Of a DNA stretch of 62,671 nt, positions 18,718-28,006 are shown in pieces. The DNA is taken from NCBI GenBank assembly GCA_016928855.1, contig JAFGKA010000039.1:1-62671 (forward strand), in the 5' to 3' direction. The notes below the pieces were generated by a model. It saw only the letters and a program-made list of their open reading frames with translations, was not told where the DNA came from and did no database searches. Every line of letters starts with the position of its first letter. Position 1 is the first letter of the stretch. The position numbers and the translations under genes are program-made. This DNA is from Phycisphaerae bacterium (GTDB lineage: Bacteria > Planctomycetota > Phycisphaerae > UBA1845 > PWPN01).

Positions 18718-19743
18718 TCATTCCGAGTCCTCGCGAGGCATCGCGGCGGAGTTGCGCTCGTCGCACACGATTGCTTCTCCGGTCCGAGCCGATCGTTCAC
18801 ACGCCGTCGACACCTCCAGAGCGCGAAGCCCGTCGGCAACCGTCGCCACCCGAGCCTCGCCGTACTCAATCGCTTCGGCAAATACGTCGTACTGCCGATC
18901 CCACTCCGGCGCCATCGGCGGCAGGGCCAACGCACCGGATGCGCCGGCGATCCACCACGATCCGCGGCCCGTCGATAAGCTCAGCTCGACTCGGCCATCG
19001 GGACCTTCGACGGACACGGTGCACGGCGGCAGCTCCGGCAGCAGCCAGCCGATTTCGATCTCCAACGTCGAGCTGTCGGCCAAGTCGACGCTCGCCTGCC
19101 AGACGTTTGGACCGGCCAGGTCGTCTTCAGTGCGCGTTGCCGTCGCGCGAATGCGCTTCCACGGCGACGAATTCCAGAGCACCGCGTAGTCGATCACGTG
19201 TGATCCCTCGTGCGTCATTGCGGAACTGTCGCGCAGAAAGCCCTGGATGCGAGTAAAGTGCTCCGTGTCGGCACGGTCGAGCTTCTCGTCGTAGATCGCT
19301 ACGTGATATCGCGCCGGCGTTCCGATCTTGCGTGCCAATTGTCGGATCATCTCGACGCAGGCGCCATAGCGCAGGACGAAACCCACCTGGAACACGCCTC
19401 CGCATCTGGTGATGGTATGTGCCATGCGCCGACCGTCTTCGATCGTCGAGGCCAGCGGCTTCTCGTCCAGCACGGGAATCGATCGCTCCAGGCATGCGAT
19501 CGCGACATCCGGGCTGACCTCCGGCGGCAGCGCCAGCACTGCTGCGTCGACGGCTTCCCCGTCCAGGAGGGCTCGCCAGTCCGTATACGTCGCGGCAGCG
19601 CCGGCTTGACCGGCAAGGCGCTTCGCTCGTTCGAGACGCGTGTCACACAAGGCAACGGCGTGGAACTGCGAATGGCGCATCAGCGCCGGCAGATGGCCGC
19701 TCTCGGCAACCGCACCGCAGCCAATGATTGCCACGCGGTACAC
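18718..19743 (-). CDS. Gfo/Idh/MocA family NAD(P)-dependent oxidoreductase
   Basis: 341 aa. Rossmann start VAIIGCGAVAESGHLPAL. The GTG start shares one base with the upstream TAG stop (TAGTG at 19741-19745). Confidence 0.9.
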   Translation of the reverse strand: MYRVAIIGCGAVAESGHLPALMRHSQFHAVALCDTRLERAKRLAGQAGAAATYTDWRALLDGEAVDAAVLALPPEVSPDVAIACLERSIPVLDEKPLASTIEDGRRMAHTITRCGGVFQVGFVLRYGACVEMIRQLARKIGTPARYHVAIYDEKLDRADTEHFTRIQGFLRDSSAMTHEGSHVIDYAVLWNSSPWKRIRATATRTEDDLAGPNVWQASVDLADSSTLEIEIGWLLPELPPCTVSVEGPDGRVELSLSTGRGSWWIAGASGALALPPMAPEWDRQYDVFAEAIEYGEARVATVADGLRALEVSTACERSARTGEAIVCDERNSAAMPREDSE

Positions 19744-21656
19744 TAGCGTCCCCCCTTATCCGATACGCCGCACATGGCTGGCACGCCCTCGCCCGGCATC
19801 TCGGATTCGCCGGTTGCCTCCGTTCCGGCAACCGACGCCCGGTAGCTGCGCAGCCAGCAGGCGTAGTACGCCCAGCCGCTCAGCACGCCGACCAGCAACA
19901 GAGCGGCTGACGCCGCCCAGCGCAGCAGCACCGCAGTAAAGAACGCCCACGTGATCGCAAAACAGAAGACGATGCCACAGCCGGCCGCGCGCAGATCCCA
20001 CGTGCGCTCCAGCCGCCGCTGTCGCGCATCGACGAGCCCCTCGGCCTCCAGTGCGGTGCGTACAGGGCCCCACAAGCCGGGCGGTCGAACCTGACGATAG
20101 AACCGGCGAAGCACTTGGCGCGACTCGGGCTTCGTCAGCAGCGAAACCAGCACGCTGCCACCCAGACCGACACCAAGCAGCAGCAGCGTGGGCTGCCACG
20201 CCGGTCGATCCTTCCATTCCAGACCAAACCAGACGAGTGCCGAAAGCGGAACGGATATCAGAATGCCGAAGATTTCCCCCCAGACATTGAACCGCCACCA
20301 GAACCACCGCAGCCACGAAAGCGGCAGCGCCGGCGCAATCATCGCCGCGTTGATGAAGAACACCCAGGGGCCAATGTTCTCGATGCCAAGCGCCAGTCCG
20401 GTGGCCAGCGCCATCATGACGATCATGACGCACCGCGTGACGCGGATGTACTCGCGCTCCGGCGCGTGAGGCCGCACGTGGCGCCGATACAGATCGTTGA
20501 CGACGAAAGCCGATCCCCACTGCAACAGCGTGCCGACGGTGGACATGTAGCCGGCCAGCACTGCCGCGACGAGCAGCCCGCCGAAGCCGGGAATCCGGTC
20601 CGCGTAGCGCACGACGAGCTGCGACCACACGCTGATCGACGGCGCTGTCGAGCCGTCGGCGAGGACCATCGTTTCGCGCGTCCCGGCATCTGCCGCAGGG
20701 AACATCGCGATCGCGAGCACACCCAACGGCAGCAGCGGGATCATCCGCACCACGAGGCTCAGGACGCAACTGAACATCTGACCGAAGACGGCGTGGCGTT
20801 CATCGCGGGCAGCCAGGCATCGCTGCGCGGTCCAGCCCTCGCCGGCACACGGACTGCCGGCGAGAAAGAGACCGATGAGAATCAACGCGAAGAATGTTGC
20901 CGGGCCGACGTAACTGTTCGTGCCAGCCGACGGCGGGAAGATCTGCCAGAAATCCGCGCCGCGCGCCGCCATCGCCCGCTCGAGCAGTGCGGCATAGCTG
21001 CCGTGCTCCTGCACGCCGAAGAACCACACAATCAGAGCCGCGACGAAGAAGATGAAGAACTGCGGAACGTCGATATACGCCGCACCGAGCAGGCCGCCCA
21101 TCAGCGTGTATGTCAACGTGATCGCGCCAAACACGAGGACAACCGAGAACGGCGTCCAGCCGATCAACGGCGCGAGAAGCTGGGCAAGCATGGCCGTGCC
21201 GTAGCCGAGGAAGACGGTCGCCCAGCCGAGGCATGCATAGACGCCGAAGAAGCCGCGAAACACTGCCGCACCACGGCCGGAATAGCGGAACTCGATCAAC
21301 TCGCCCGTCGTCACCAGCCCGGTGCGGCGCCACATCTTTGCCCAGAACACGCCGACCAGCGGCATCCAGATCGGCCAGGCGATCCACGCGATCTGGTTGA
21401 GGTACATGAACCCGCCGACGAAAAACAGCCACACCCAGCCGCCGCCCGAGTCGGCGTAGGTCGCGGTGTTTGAGAAGCCGATGACCCACCAGGGCAGACT
21501 GCGCTCGCCAATAAGGAAGCCATTGGCCGATTTCGTTGCGGCGCGCGAGAAATAGAGCCCCAGTGCGATCATCGCGCCGGAATAGACAGCGATCACTGCC
21601 CAGCCGGCGGTGCCCAGGCGAAGCGACTGCGTGGCTGCCAGCACCGCCGAACTCAT
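19743..21656 (-). CDS. Sodium:solute symporter (SSS) family transporter
   Basis: 637 aa and polytopic. FLIGERSLPWWVIGFSNTATYADSGGGW. The start overlaps the upstream stop (ATGA at 21653-21656). Confidence 0.85.
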   Translation of the reverse strand: MSSAVLAATQSLRLGTAGWAVIAVYSGAMIALGLYFSRAATKSANGFLIGERSLPWWVIGFSNTATYADSGGGWVWLFFVGGFMYLNQIAWIAWPIWMPLVGVFWAKMWRRTGLVTTGELIEFRYSGRGAAVFRGFFGVYACLGWATVFLGYGTAMLAQLLAPLIGWTPFSVVLVFGAITLTYTLMGGLLGAAYIDVPQFFIFFVAALIVWFFGVQEHGSYAALLERAMAARGADFWQIFPPSAGTNSYVGPATFFALILIGLFLAGSPCAGEGWTAQRCLAARDERHAVFGQMFSCVLSLVVRMIPLLPLGVLAIAMFPAADAGTRETMVLADGSTAPSISVWSQLVVRYADRIPGFGGLLVAAVLAGYMSTVGTLLQWGSAFVVNDLYRRHVRPHAPEREYIRVTRCVMIVMMALATGLALGIENIGPWVFFINAAMIAPALPLSWLRWFWWRFNVWGEIFGILISVPLSALVWFGLEWKDRPAWQPTLLLLGVGLGGSVLVSLLTKPESRQVLRRFYRQVRPPGLWGPVRTALEAEGLVDARQRRLERTWDLRAAGCGIVFCFAITWAFFTAVLLRWAASAALLLVGVLSGWAYYACWLRSYRASVAGTEATGESEMPGEGVPAMCGVSDKGGR

Positions 21657-22522
21657 TCGCTCGCCTCCGTCGTTCCTCGCGGATCCGGCAAGCCGAGCAA
21701 CGACAGAGCGTCGCGGTGAACCAGCGCCTCGATCTCTTCGGCCGGCAGCGTGAAGCGGTCGATACGAATGTCACACATCGCTCGCAAGCCGCGCACGCTC
21801 TGCTCCACCGTCGTGACGGGAAAGTCCGTGCCAAAAAGCAGCTTGTCCCATACGCCATACTCTTCGACGAGCATCAGGGTGTGGAACAGTTGCCACGGCC
21901 GGTAGAACAGCGCGCTGACGTCGGCGTAGACGTTCGCATGCTTGCGGATGACCGCGACGGTCTCGCCCTCGTACGGATGGCCCATGTGCGCCAGGACGAT
22001 CTTCACATCCGGAAACCGCCGCGCCACTTCATCGAGGTTCCGCGGCAGCGTGCACTCCAGCGGCGCCTTCGCAATGAATGTTGTTCCCGTGTGCAGCAGC
22101 ACCGGCAGGCCCTTCGCCGCCGCATAGCGCCATAACGGATCAAGTCGCTCATCCTGCGGAAGAAAGCCGGCGTACATCGGCATGAGCTTGATCCCGCGCA
22201 GCCCGAGCTGTTCGTGGCCGGTGCGTAGTTCGTCCTCCCAGCCGCTCTGCGTCGGATCGACCGACAGAAAGCCCAGCAGCCGTCGCGGATCGTGCACGAC
22301 GTAGGCGGCGACCTGTGCATCGTCCAACCAGACACCCGACAGCCGGGCCTTACCGCCGAACACGATCGTTACAACATCTTTGCCGCCGGTCGCGGCACGG
22401 TATGCCTCGTGATCGCTGACAGCCGTTGCCGCGGCCGCTCTCGTTCGCTGCGCATCAGCCAGGAACGATGCGGAGAAGCAGTCCGTACCCGGCCAGCAGT
22501 GCGCGTGGACATCCACAATCAT
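21653..22522 (-). CDS. Amidohydrolase_2-type metal-dependent hydrolase
   Basis: The family begins at MIVDVHAHCWP. That ATG (22522) overlaps the creatininase stop as ATGA, so the 41 upstream codons of the longest ORF were trimmed. Confidence 0.8.
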   Translation of the reverse strand: MIVDVHAHCWPGTDCFSASFLADAQRTRAAAATAVSDHEAYRAATGGKDVVTIVFGGKARLSGVWLDDAQVAAYVVHDPRRLLGFLSVDPTQSGWEDELRTGHEQLGLRGIKLMPMYAGFLPQDERLDPLWRYAAAKGLPVLLHTGTTFIAKAPLECTLPRNLDEVARRFPDVKIVLAHMGHPYEGETVAVIRKHANVYADVSALFYRPWQLFHTLMLVEEYGVWDKLLFGTDFPVTTVEQSVRGLRAMCDIRIDRFTLPAEEIEALVHRDALSLLGLPDPRGTTEASE

Positions 22523-23298
22523 GTTGAGCCCTCCACGCCTGGCGCATCCGGCCAGCAGCTCACGAGCAGTTCCTTGAGTGCCCCGACCGTGATGTCGAGG
22601 ATCTTGCGACCCTTCTCGGCGGTCGCCAGAGACGGTTTGCCCCACGCACCCGTCTTGGTGATCCGCTCCATCGGCACGGCGCGGCTGGCCGCGCCACCGG
22701 TCAGCAGGTCGCCCCGCATCATGGGTGACGCGGCTGGGATGCCATCGTCTTTCGCGACAGCCATATCAACGAGGTCAGGCCGCAGGGCCAGCACGACGCT
22801 GGTCTCCAGTTCGCACGCATGGCCGACGGCCGGGTAGTCACCGTCGACGAGTGGTCGCAGCCGCTCGGCCGCCACGCGGAACCAGGCCGTCGATACGACC
22901 TCGACCTCAGGCCATCGCGCTGCCGCCTGTTCGAGGACCACGCCGGCAATCGAGCTGTTGCCGCCGTGGCCGTTGAGCAACAGAAACCGACGGAATCCGT
23001 GGCGCACCGCCGCAGCCAGCGTTTCCAGCACCACACAGCGAAACGTCTCATGCGTCAGCGTGAGCGTGCCGGTGAAGGCCATATGGTGCTCACTGCAGCC
23101 GACACGCGGACCAGGCATCACAAGAAGGCGCCCGCCACAGACGGCATCGAGCCGTACGGCGAACTCGTTGATGATCAGGCTGTCAGTCATCAACGGCAGA
23201 TGCCGCCCGTGTTGCTCAACCGCGCCGAGCGGCAGAATACACACCGTCTCGCGTGATACGTCCGCCATGCGAAGGGCGCTGAGTTCTTCCCACTTCAT
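22519..23298 (-). CDS. Creatininase-fold (creatinine amidohydrolase family) hydrolase
   Basis: LPLGAVEQHGRHLPLMTD, LLLNGHGGNSS, VGHACELETSV. ATG 23298 overlaps the upstream stop (ATGA), so the longest ORF (to 23442) was trimmed. Confidence 0.85.
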   Translation of the reverse strand: MKWEELSALRMADVSRETVCILPLGAVEQHGRHLPLMTDSLIINEFAVRLDAVCGGRLLVMPGPRVGCSEHHMAFTGTLTLTHETFRCVVLETLAAAVRHGFRRFLLLNGHGGNSSIAGVVLEQAAARWPEVEVVSTAWFRVAAERLRPLVDGDYPAVGHACELETSVVLALRPDLVDMAVAKDDGIPAASPMMRGDLLTGGAASRAVPMERITKTGAWGKPSLATAEKGRKILDITVGALKELLVSCWPDAPGVEGST

Positions 23299-23786
23299 GC
23301 GTGCACCTCCAGCGGCAAATAGCCGACGAAGCCCGCGATTCGCCATTGCCCGCCGATTCGATGAAGGCGATAGAGCGTCTGCGCCGACACCTGCCATCGC
23401 TTCCCGTTTTGCAGCGGCGCATCGATCTTGAACTGTTTCCATGCCACCGCGCGGTCGGTGTGGATTTCGATGCGGTCCAGCGTAGTCAGTTCGAATAGCA
23501 GCGTCAGTCGATCGCCGACGACCGGCTTGCAGCGATACTCTTCAGCCATGTGCAGCCAGCGATCGCGATAGCCGTCAAGCGTTGGATATTCGAGCGACCA
23601 ATCCGCCGGATCCGCCGATCCGTTTGCGCTGATGCCCTCAAAACGGTCCGCCGCAAAGTCGTTCGCCACAAGCGACCAGTCGGCCGAGGCGAACGCACGG
23701 TTGTCGCGTGTAACGAGCATTTCCCAAATCGCATGCCGGTCTGGCTCGCTCGCGGCATCAAACGGATTGATCCGCTTGTCGTTCAT
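23295..23786 (-). CDS. NTF2/SnoaL-like small protein
   Basis: 163 aa. Size and pattern (IWEMLVTRDNRAF ... WRIAGFVGYLP) fit an NTF2-like fold. The call is weak. Confidence 0.5.
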   Translation of the reverse strand: MNDKRINPFDAASEPDRHAIWEMLVTRDNRAFASADWSLVANDFAADRFEGISANGSADPADWSLEYPTLDGYRDRWLHMAEEYRCKPVVGDRLTLLFELTTLDRIEIHTDRAVAWKQFKIDAPLQNGKRWQVSAQTLYRLHRIGGQWRIAGFVGYLPLEVHA

Positions 23787-24553
23787 CAGCAGCCTCCCCG
23801 GCGCTGCAGCAGCCGCGCGGCATTGCCGTAGAACACCTGCTCGGCCTCCGCCGCGGTCAGTCCGGCTTCCACCACGTCGTCAATCCGCTCGGCCAGCAGC
23901 TCCCACGTAGCCGCGCCGAAGTCGGAGCCGAACAGCACCTTATCCGCGCCGCCCGTCGCCACGAGGTGCAGCAGATCACCGCCACGCGGGCCGCAGAAAC
24001 AGGCGTACAGATTCGGCACGTCGCGGATAAGCTGTGCCGCCGCATCGACGTAGTCAGCCAGGCCGGCGTGCCCGAGGATAATCGTTGCCTCCGGCACCCA
24101 GCGAGCGACCTCGGCAACCTGAAACGTCGTGCAGTACGGCGGCGTGCCGTCGTGAAAGATCACCGGAGCGTCGTGCCGTGCGGCAACGCGCAACAGCCCG
24201 GTCATCGTTTCTTTCAGCATGCTCGGAGCGAACGCCTGCAGCCACGGATGCAACTTCACGCCGCGAAACCGCGCATCGCTCAGCCGTTGTTCCAGTTCTT
24301 CCGCCGCAGCCGGCCCGTCCTTCGGATCCACCGTCGCGAACGGAATCAGTCGGTCGGGATATCGATCGGTCTCGGTTACCAGCGCCTCATTGTGGCTCTC
24401 GCAATTGCCGTAGAACCCCATAACCGTGAAGACGCAGGAGGCTTCGACGTCGAAGCGATCCATGGCCGCGACCATGGCCTCGGCCGTCGGCAGCGGCTGC
24501 CCAAGCCAGTGCCGATCAAGGTGCGTGTGGAAGTCGATGATTCGCATGCCCAT
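23786..24553 (-). CDS. Amidohydrolase_2-type metal-dependent hydrolase
   Basis: 255 aa. MRIIDFHTHLD ... ATIILGHAG ... VLFGSDF. Confidence 0.8.
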   Translation of the reverse strand: MGMRIIDFHTHLDRHWLGQPLPTAEAMVAAMDRFDVEASCVFTVMGFYGNCESHNEALVTETDRYPDRLIPFATVDPKDGPAAAEELEQRLSDARFRGVKLHPWLQAFAPSMLKETMTGLLRVAARHDAPVIFHDGTPPYCTTFQVAEVARWVPEATIILGHAGLADYVDAAAQLIRDVPNLYACFCGPRGGDLLHLVATGGADKVLFGSDFGAATWELLAERIDDVVEAGLTAAEAEQVFYGNAARLLQRRGGC

Positions 24554-24559
24554 CCTCGC

Positions 24560-25288
24560 TCAGAGGCCAAAGAGCCGTTTGGCGTTGTCATGCAGAATAG
24601 CTCGCCGCGCGTCCTCGGCGAGGCCAAGCCGTTCCAGCGTCCGCAGGCATACCGCGTATCGATTTCGGGGTTCGGCGCTGCCAAACACAATGCGCGACGG
24701 CCCGTGCGCTGTGACGAGCGCCCGAATACCGTCGCCGATCATCATTGAGGTATCGACGTACAGGTTCGGAATCGCGGCAAACGTGCCGGGCAGATCGAAC
24801 CACATGTCGGCAAACCCGCCGAAGCCGGCGATGAACGGCGTAGCTGGCAGCCGCCGTGCTACCTCGGCGACGGCCAGCAGATCCGCGCACACGTACGTAC
24901 CCGTCCGCACCAGCACCGGCCAGCCGTATTCCGCGGCACGTTCGAACAGCGGCATCGCGATCGACTCGGTGGGCATGAACCCCTGTCGCGTTGGATCGAG
25001 AAAAAGACCGACAGCGCCGTCGTCGCGGCCGCGAGCCACGGCGTCCAACGCCTTGCCACCCCACCACGGATTGGCCGTGACCAGGCCGCGAATGCGTGGG
25101 CCGGCCTTCAGCACAAGGGCGTTGCCGGCAGCGTGATCGACGACGAGGCCCGCACCCATCGGACGTGCGATAGCCATCGTCACTTCCGCAGCGTCCATGC
25201 GTCGAAGCAATGTCTCGGCGTCGAGATGCAGGTGCGCTTCTTCGCCAAGCATCGCGTGCGCATCAATGACGGGCAGCGTATTGAGCAT
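24560..25288 (-). CDS. Amidohydrolase_2-type metal-dependent hydrolase
   Basis: 242 aa. PVIDAHAMLG ... RIVFGSAEP. The start overlaps the enolase-family gene end by 26 nt. Confidence 0.7.
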   Translation of the reverse strand: MLNTLPVIDAHAMLGEEAHLHLDAETLLRRMDAAEVTMAIARPMGAGLVVDHAAGNALVLKAGPRIRGLVTANPWWGGKALDAVARGRDDGAVGLFLDPTRQGFMPTESIAMPLFERAAEYGWPVLVRTGTYVCADLLAVAEVARRLPATPFIAGFGGFADMWFDLPGTFAAIPNLYVDTSMMIGDGIRALVTAHGPSRIVFGSAEPRNRYAVCLRTLERLGLAEDARRAILHDNAKRLFGL

Positions 25289-26381
25289 CAGGCTCCACTC
25301 CGAATCCGGGCCCGGTCGGCAACGCTACGCAGCCATCACGAAACACGATTGGCGGCGTCACCGATGAGGTTTTGTAGAACAGCGCCGCCATGAGATCGCA
25401 GGCATAGCGGTCCACCGGAAACGCCGAAAGGCTCGCGGCCAGGCAAACCATCGGCGCCAGCCCCAAGTCCGTCTCCAGGTTCGAGCCGATCGCGCAGGCC
25501 TTACCGGCGGCCTGAGCCCGCTGTGCCATCGCGATCGAATGCGTGAATCCGCCATTCTTGCCGGGATAGACCGAGAGGATGTCGAACGCGTCTTGGTCGA
25601 GTGCATCTTCGAGTTGGCCCGGTGTGAAGATACCTTCGTCGACCATGACCGGCACGCTCACTCGGCGGCGCACCTCGGCAAGCATGGCAAGTCGGTCCCG
25701 CGGCGTGGGCTGCTCCACGAGGCCAAGATCGTAGGCCAGCAACGCCTCAATCGCCCGAATAGCGTCATCCGCTGTGGGATACGCGCCGTTCGCATCGACC
25801 GTGAAGATCGGTTCTGGCCCGAGTCGTTCACGCACCGCGCGCAGCCGCGCGACGTCGTCAATGCCCGGCTTGCCGGTCTTGAATTTGAGCGTCCGCACGC
25901 CCTGGTTCCAGAACTCGACCGCGAGTGCGACAGTCTCTTCCGGCGGATAGGCGCCGATGCTCACACGTGTCGGGATCCACTCAACCGGCTCGCGATCAGC
26001 AATCAGCCTCCACACGGGTACACCCTGCATTCGGGCCCACAGGTCCCACAACGCCGCGTCCACCGCTGCCTTGGCGAAGGCGTTGCCGTGCAACTCGCCA
26101 TCGAGAATGACCAGCGCTTCCGACGGATGCTCGAACTCAGCGCCAACCAGCCGCGGCGACATGAAGTGCTCGATCATCCATTTCGCGGTTTCGGCCGACT
26201 CGCCGCTCCAGATCGGCGCGGTCGTCGCCTCGCCAAAACCTTGCAGGCCGTCGTCGCCGGTGAGCGTCACGGTCACATAGCGAGAGGCCTCATGCCGCCC
26301 GAGAAACGAGACAATCGCGCCGTTTGACCGAACGGGATGGTCGACAACCGTTGCCTCAATCTTCTGAACGCGCAGTGTCAC
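25263..26381 (-). CDS. Enolase-superfamily enzyme, muconate-lactonizing (MLE) subgroup (racemase/epimerase/cycloisomerase type)
   Basis: 372 aa. KxK in TLKFKTG, metal ligands in TVDANGAY, LVEQP and MVDEG, second catalytic Lys in YPGKNGG. The GTG start overlaps the ROK stop (GTGA at 26378-26381). Confidence 0.85.
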   Translation of the reverse strand: MTLRVQKIEATVVDHPVRSNGAIVSFLGRHEASRYVTVTLTGDDGLQGFGEATTAPIWSGESAETAKWMIEHFMSPRLVGAEFEHPSEALVILDGELHGNAFAKAAVDAALWDLWARMQGVPVWRLIADREPVEWIPTRVSIGAYPPEETVALAVEFWNQGVRTLKFKTGKPGIDDVARLRAVRERLGPEPIFTVDANGAYPTADDAIRAIEALLAYDLGLVEQPTPRDRLAMLAEVRRRVSVPVMVDEGIFTPGQLEDALDQDAFDILSVYPGKNGGFTHSIAMAQRAQAAGKACAIGSNLETDLGLAPMVCLAASLSAFPVDRYACDLMAALFYKTSSVTPPIVFRDGCVALPTGPGFGVEPDAQYAARH

Positions 26382-27604
26382 AAATTCGCCTCCGCCTCGC
26401 CAAATCGCGCACCGATCGACGGATACGCAAACAGTCGGTCCCGCGCATCAGCCGCAATGCCGAGAAACGCCGATGTCTCGCCCAGTTCGGCCAGGCGGAC
26501 CTCAATTCCCTGCAGCAACTCGCCGAGTGCGTACTCCGGCAGCGCCCGTTTGAGCGGGTCGAGCAGCAGTTCGCCGGCTTGCACGAACCGGCCTCCGAGA
26601 ATGATTCGCTCGGGGTTGAGGAGACTTACCGCATTGCCCAACCCGCGCGCGAGCGCCCGGGCCGCCTCGGCAAGAATCTCCCTCGCGCGGGCGTCGCCCT
26701 CGCGAGCCGCCTGAAGCATCTGCGTGAAATCATCGTTGGGCATCTCGCCGCGCAGCGTCACCCATTCGGCTTGTTCGGCTGGCAACTGGCGCCACCGTGC
26801 TGCGAGGCGTGCCGGTGCGACATGGGCTTCGAGGCAGCCGCGCCCCCCGCAACCGCAGGGAGGGCCATCCTCGGACACACGCGTATGTCCGATTTCTCCC
26901 GCCGAGCCGTCGCGCCCGACGAGCAGCCGGCCTCGCTCGACAATGCCGCCGCCGATCCCCTCGAGCAGCGTTACGAACAGCGCGTTCTGCGCCCCGCGCC
27001 CGGCCCCGAACGACACTTCGCCGAGGGCCTGCCAGCTATCGCCGCGTTGAATGACCGTGGGTCGGCCTGTGGCTTTGCGGAGCGCCTCGGCGACGGGTAC
27101 GTTCTGCCACCCTGGTACGTTGACCGCCCGGACCGCACCGCCGGTTGCGATATCGACGGTGCCCGGATCCGCCGCACCGACGGCCACAATTCGCACACCA
27201 AGCTTCGGGGCGGTATCGACTGCCAACGTTACCGCCCGCGCGATGCGGCGCAGTCGTCGTTGGGCATCTTCTTCGAACGGGCCGTCCCACCGCCGCTGCC
27301 ATCGAAGCGTACCGCCGAGGTCCGTCACGGCGGCGTTGATGTGGTCCTGGTCGTACTGTACGCATGCCACGCCCAGGCCCCGCAGATCAATCTCGAGCAG
27401 CGTTTGCGGCCGGCCACGGCCGTTGCCGCCCGGCGGTGCCACGACGCTTTCGCGGATCAGCCCATCGCGAAGCAACTCGCCACAGATTTCCGACAACCGC
27501 GAAATCGGCAGGCCGGTGCGATGGTGCAGACCGACGCGTGATTCCGGGCCCTCGTGAAACAGCGAGGCGCAGACGAGCAGGCGATTGTAGACCGGCTTCG
27601 TCAT
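26378..27604 (-). CDS. ROK family transcriptional regulator
   Basis: N-terminal wHTH (RVGLHHRTGLPISRLSEICGELLRDGLI), LLEGIGGGIV, zinc motif CGCGGRGCLEAH. ATG 27604 gives 408 aa. The longest ORF reaches 27715. Confidence 0.85.
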   Translation of the reverse strand: MTKPVYNRLLVCASLFHEGPESRVGLHHRTGLPISRLSEICGELLRDGLIRESVVAPPGGNGRGRPQTLLEIDLRGLGVACVQYDQDHINAAVTDLGGTLRWQRRWDGPFEEDAQRRLRRIARAVTLAVDTAPKLGVRIVAVGAADPGTVDIATGGAVRAVNVPGWQNVPVAEALRKATGRPTVIQRGDSWQALGEVSFGAGRGAQNALFVTLLEGIGGGIVERGRLLVGRDGSAGEIGHTRVSEDGPPCGCGGRGCLEAHVAPARLAARWRQLPAEQAEWVTLRGEMPNDDFTQMLQAAREGDARAREILAEAARALARGLGNAVSLLNPERIILGGRFVQAGELLLDPLKRALPEYALGELLQGIEVRLAELGETSAFLGIAADARDRLFAYPSIGARFGEAEANL

Positions 27605-27817
27605 GCGCCTGCCCTTGGGCCACCAGGCGAGGGGCGGGGCCGGGATTCGAATCGCCTTCGGCTTGCCGCGTGCCATCAGTCCTCGTTCCCGAAAATGATT
27701 CCAATTATGGAACAATTCACCATCAACGGCTCATCTGGTCAGTTAGGGCGGCCGTCATTCTGCCGTCCTGAATGAACGCAAGGTGGGAATCGGCCTTCTC
27801 GCACGCGCCGAAACCCC

Positions 27818-27846
27818 TTGACATAATACTTCCAGAATTGAAAATA
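27818..27846 (+). promoter_or_regulatory. Candidate sigma70-type promoter in the AT-rich divergent region between the ROK gene and the 1136-aa gene
   Basis: TTGACA at 27818-27823, a 16-17 nt spacer, then GAAAAT/AAAATA at 27840-27846. It lies in the only AT-rich patch of this intergenic region. Pattern match only. Confidence 0.25.
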
Positions 27847-28006
27847 ACACGATCTCTGCGGTGCGTCAAGATGCGTCCGGAACCGTGTTGCGAGTCGGCC
27901 TTGCCGGCGCGGGTTTGAGATGGTATCAGCGACCCGCCACGCTCGGCATCGTCATCTTGGCGGTGACGGTGGTTCTCAACATCATCTTCTGGTAGCAGGA
28001 GTGGGT

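Noticed and set aside
22523-23442. Longer N-termini for the amidohydrolase (to 22645) and creatininase-fold (to 23442) genes, as given by the ORF track
   Set aside because: Family similarity starts exactly at internal ATGs that form ATGA overlaps with the upstream stop codons. The extra codons would overlap the upstream genes by 120-150 nt.
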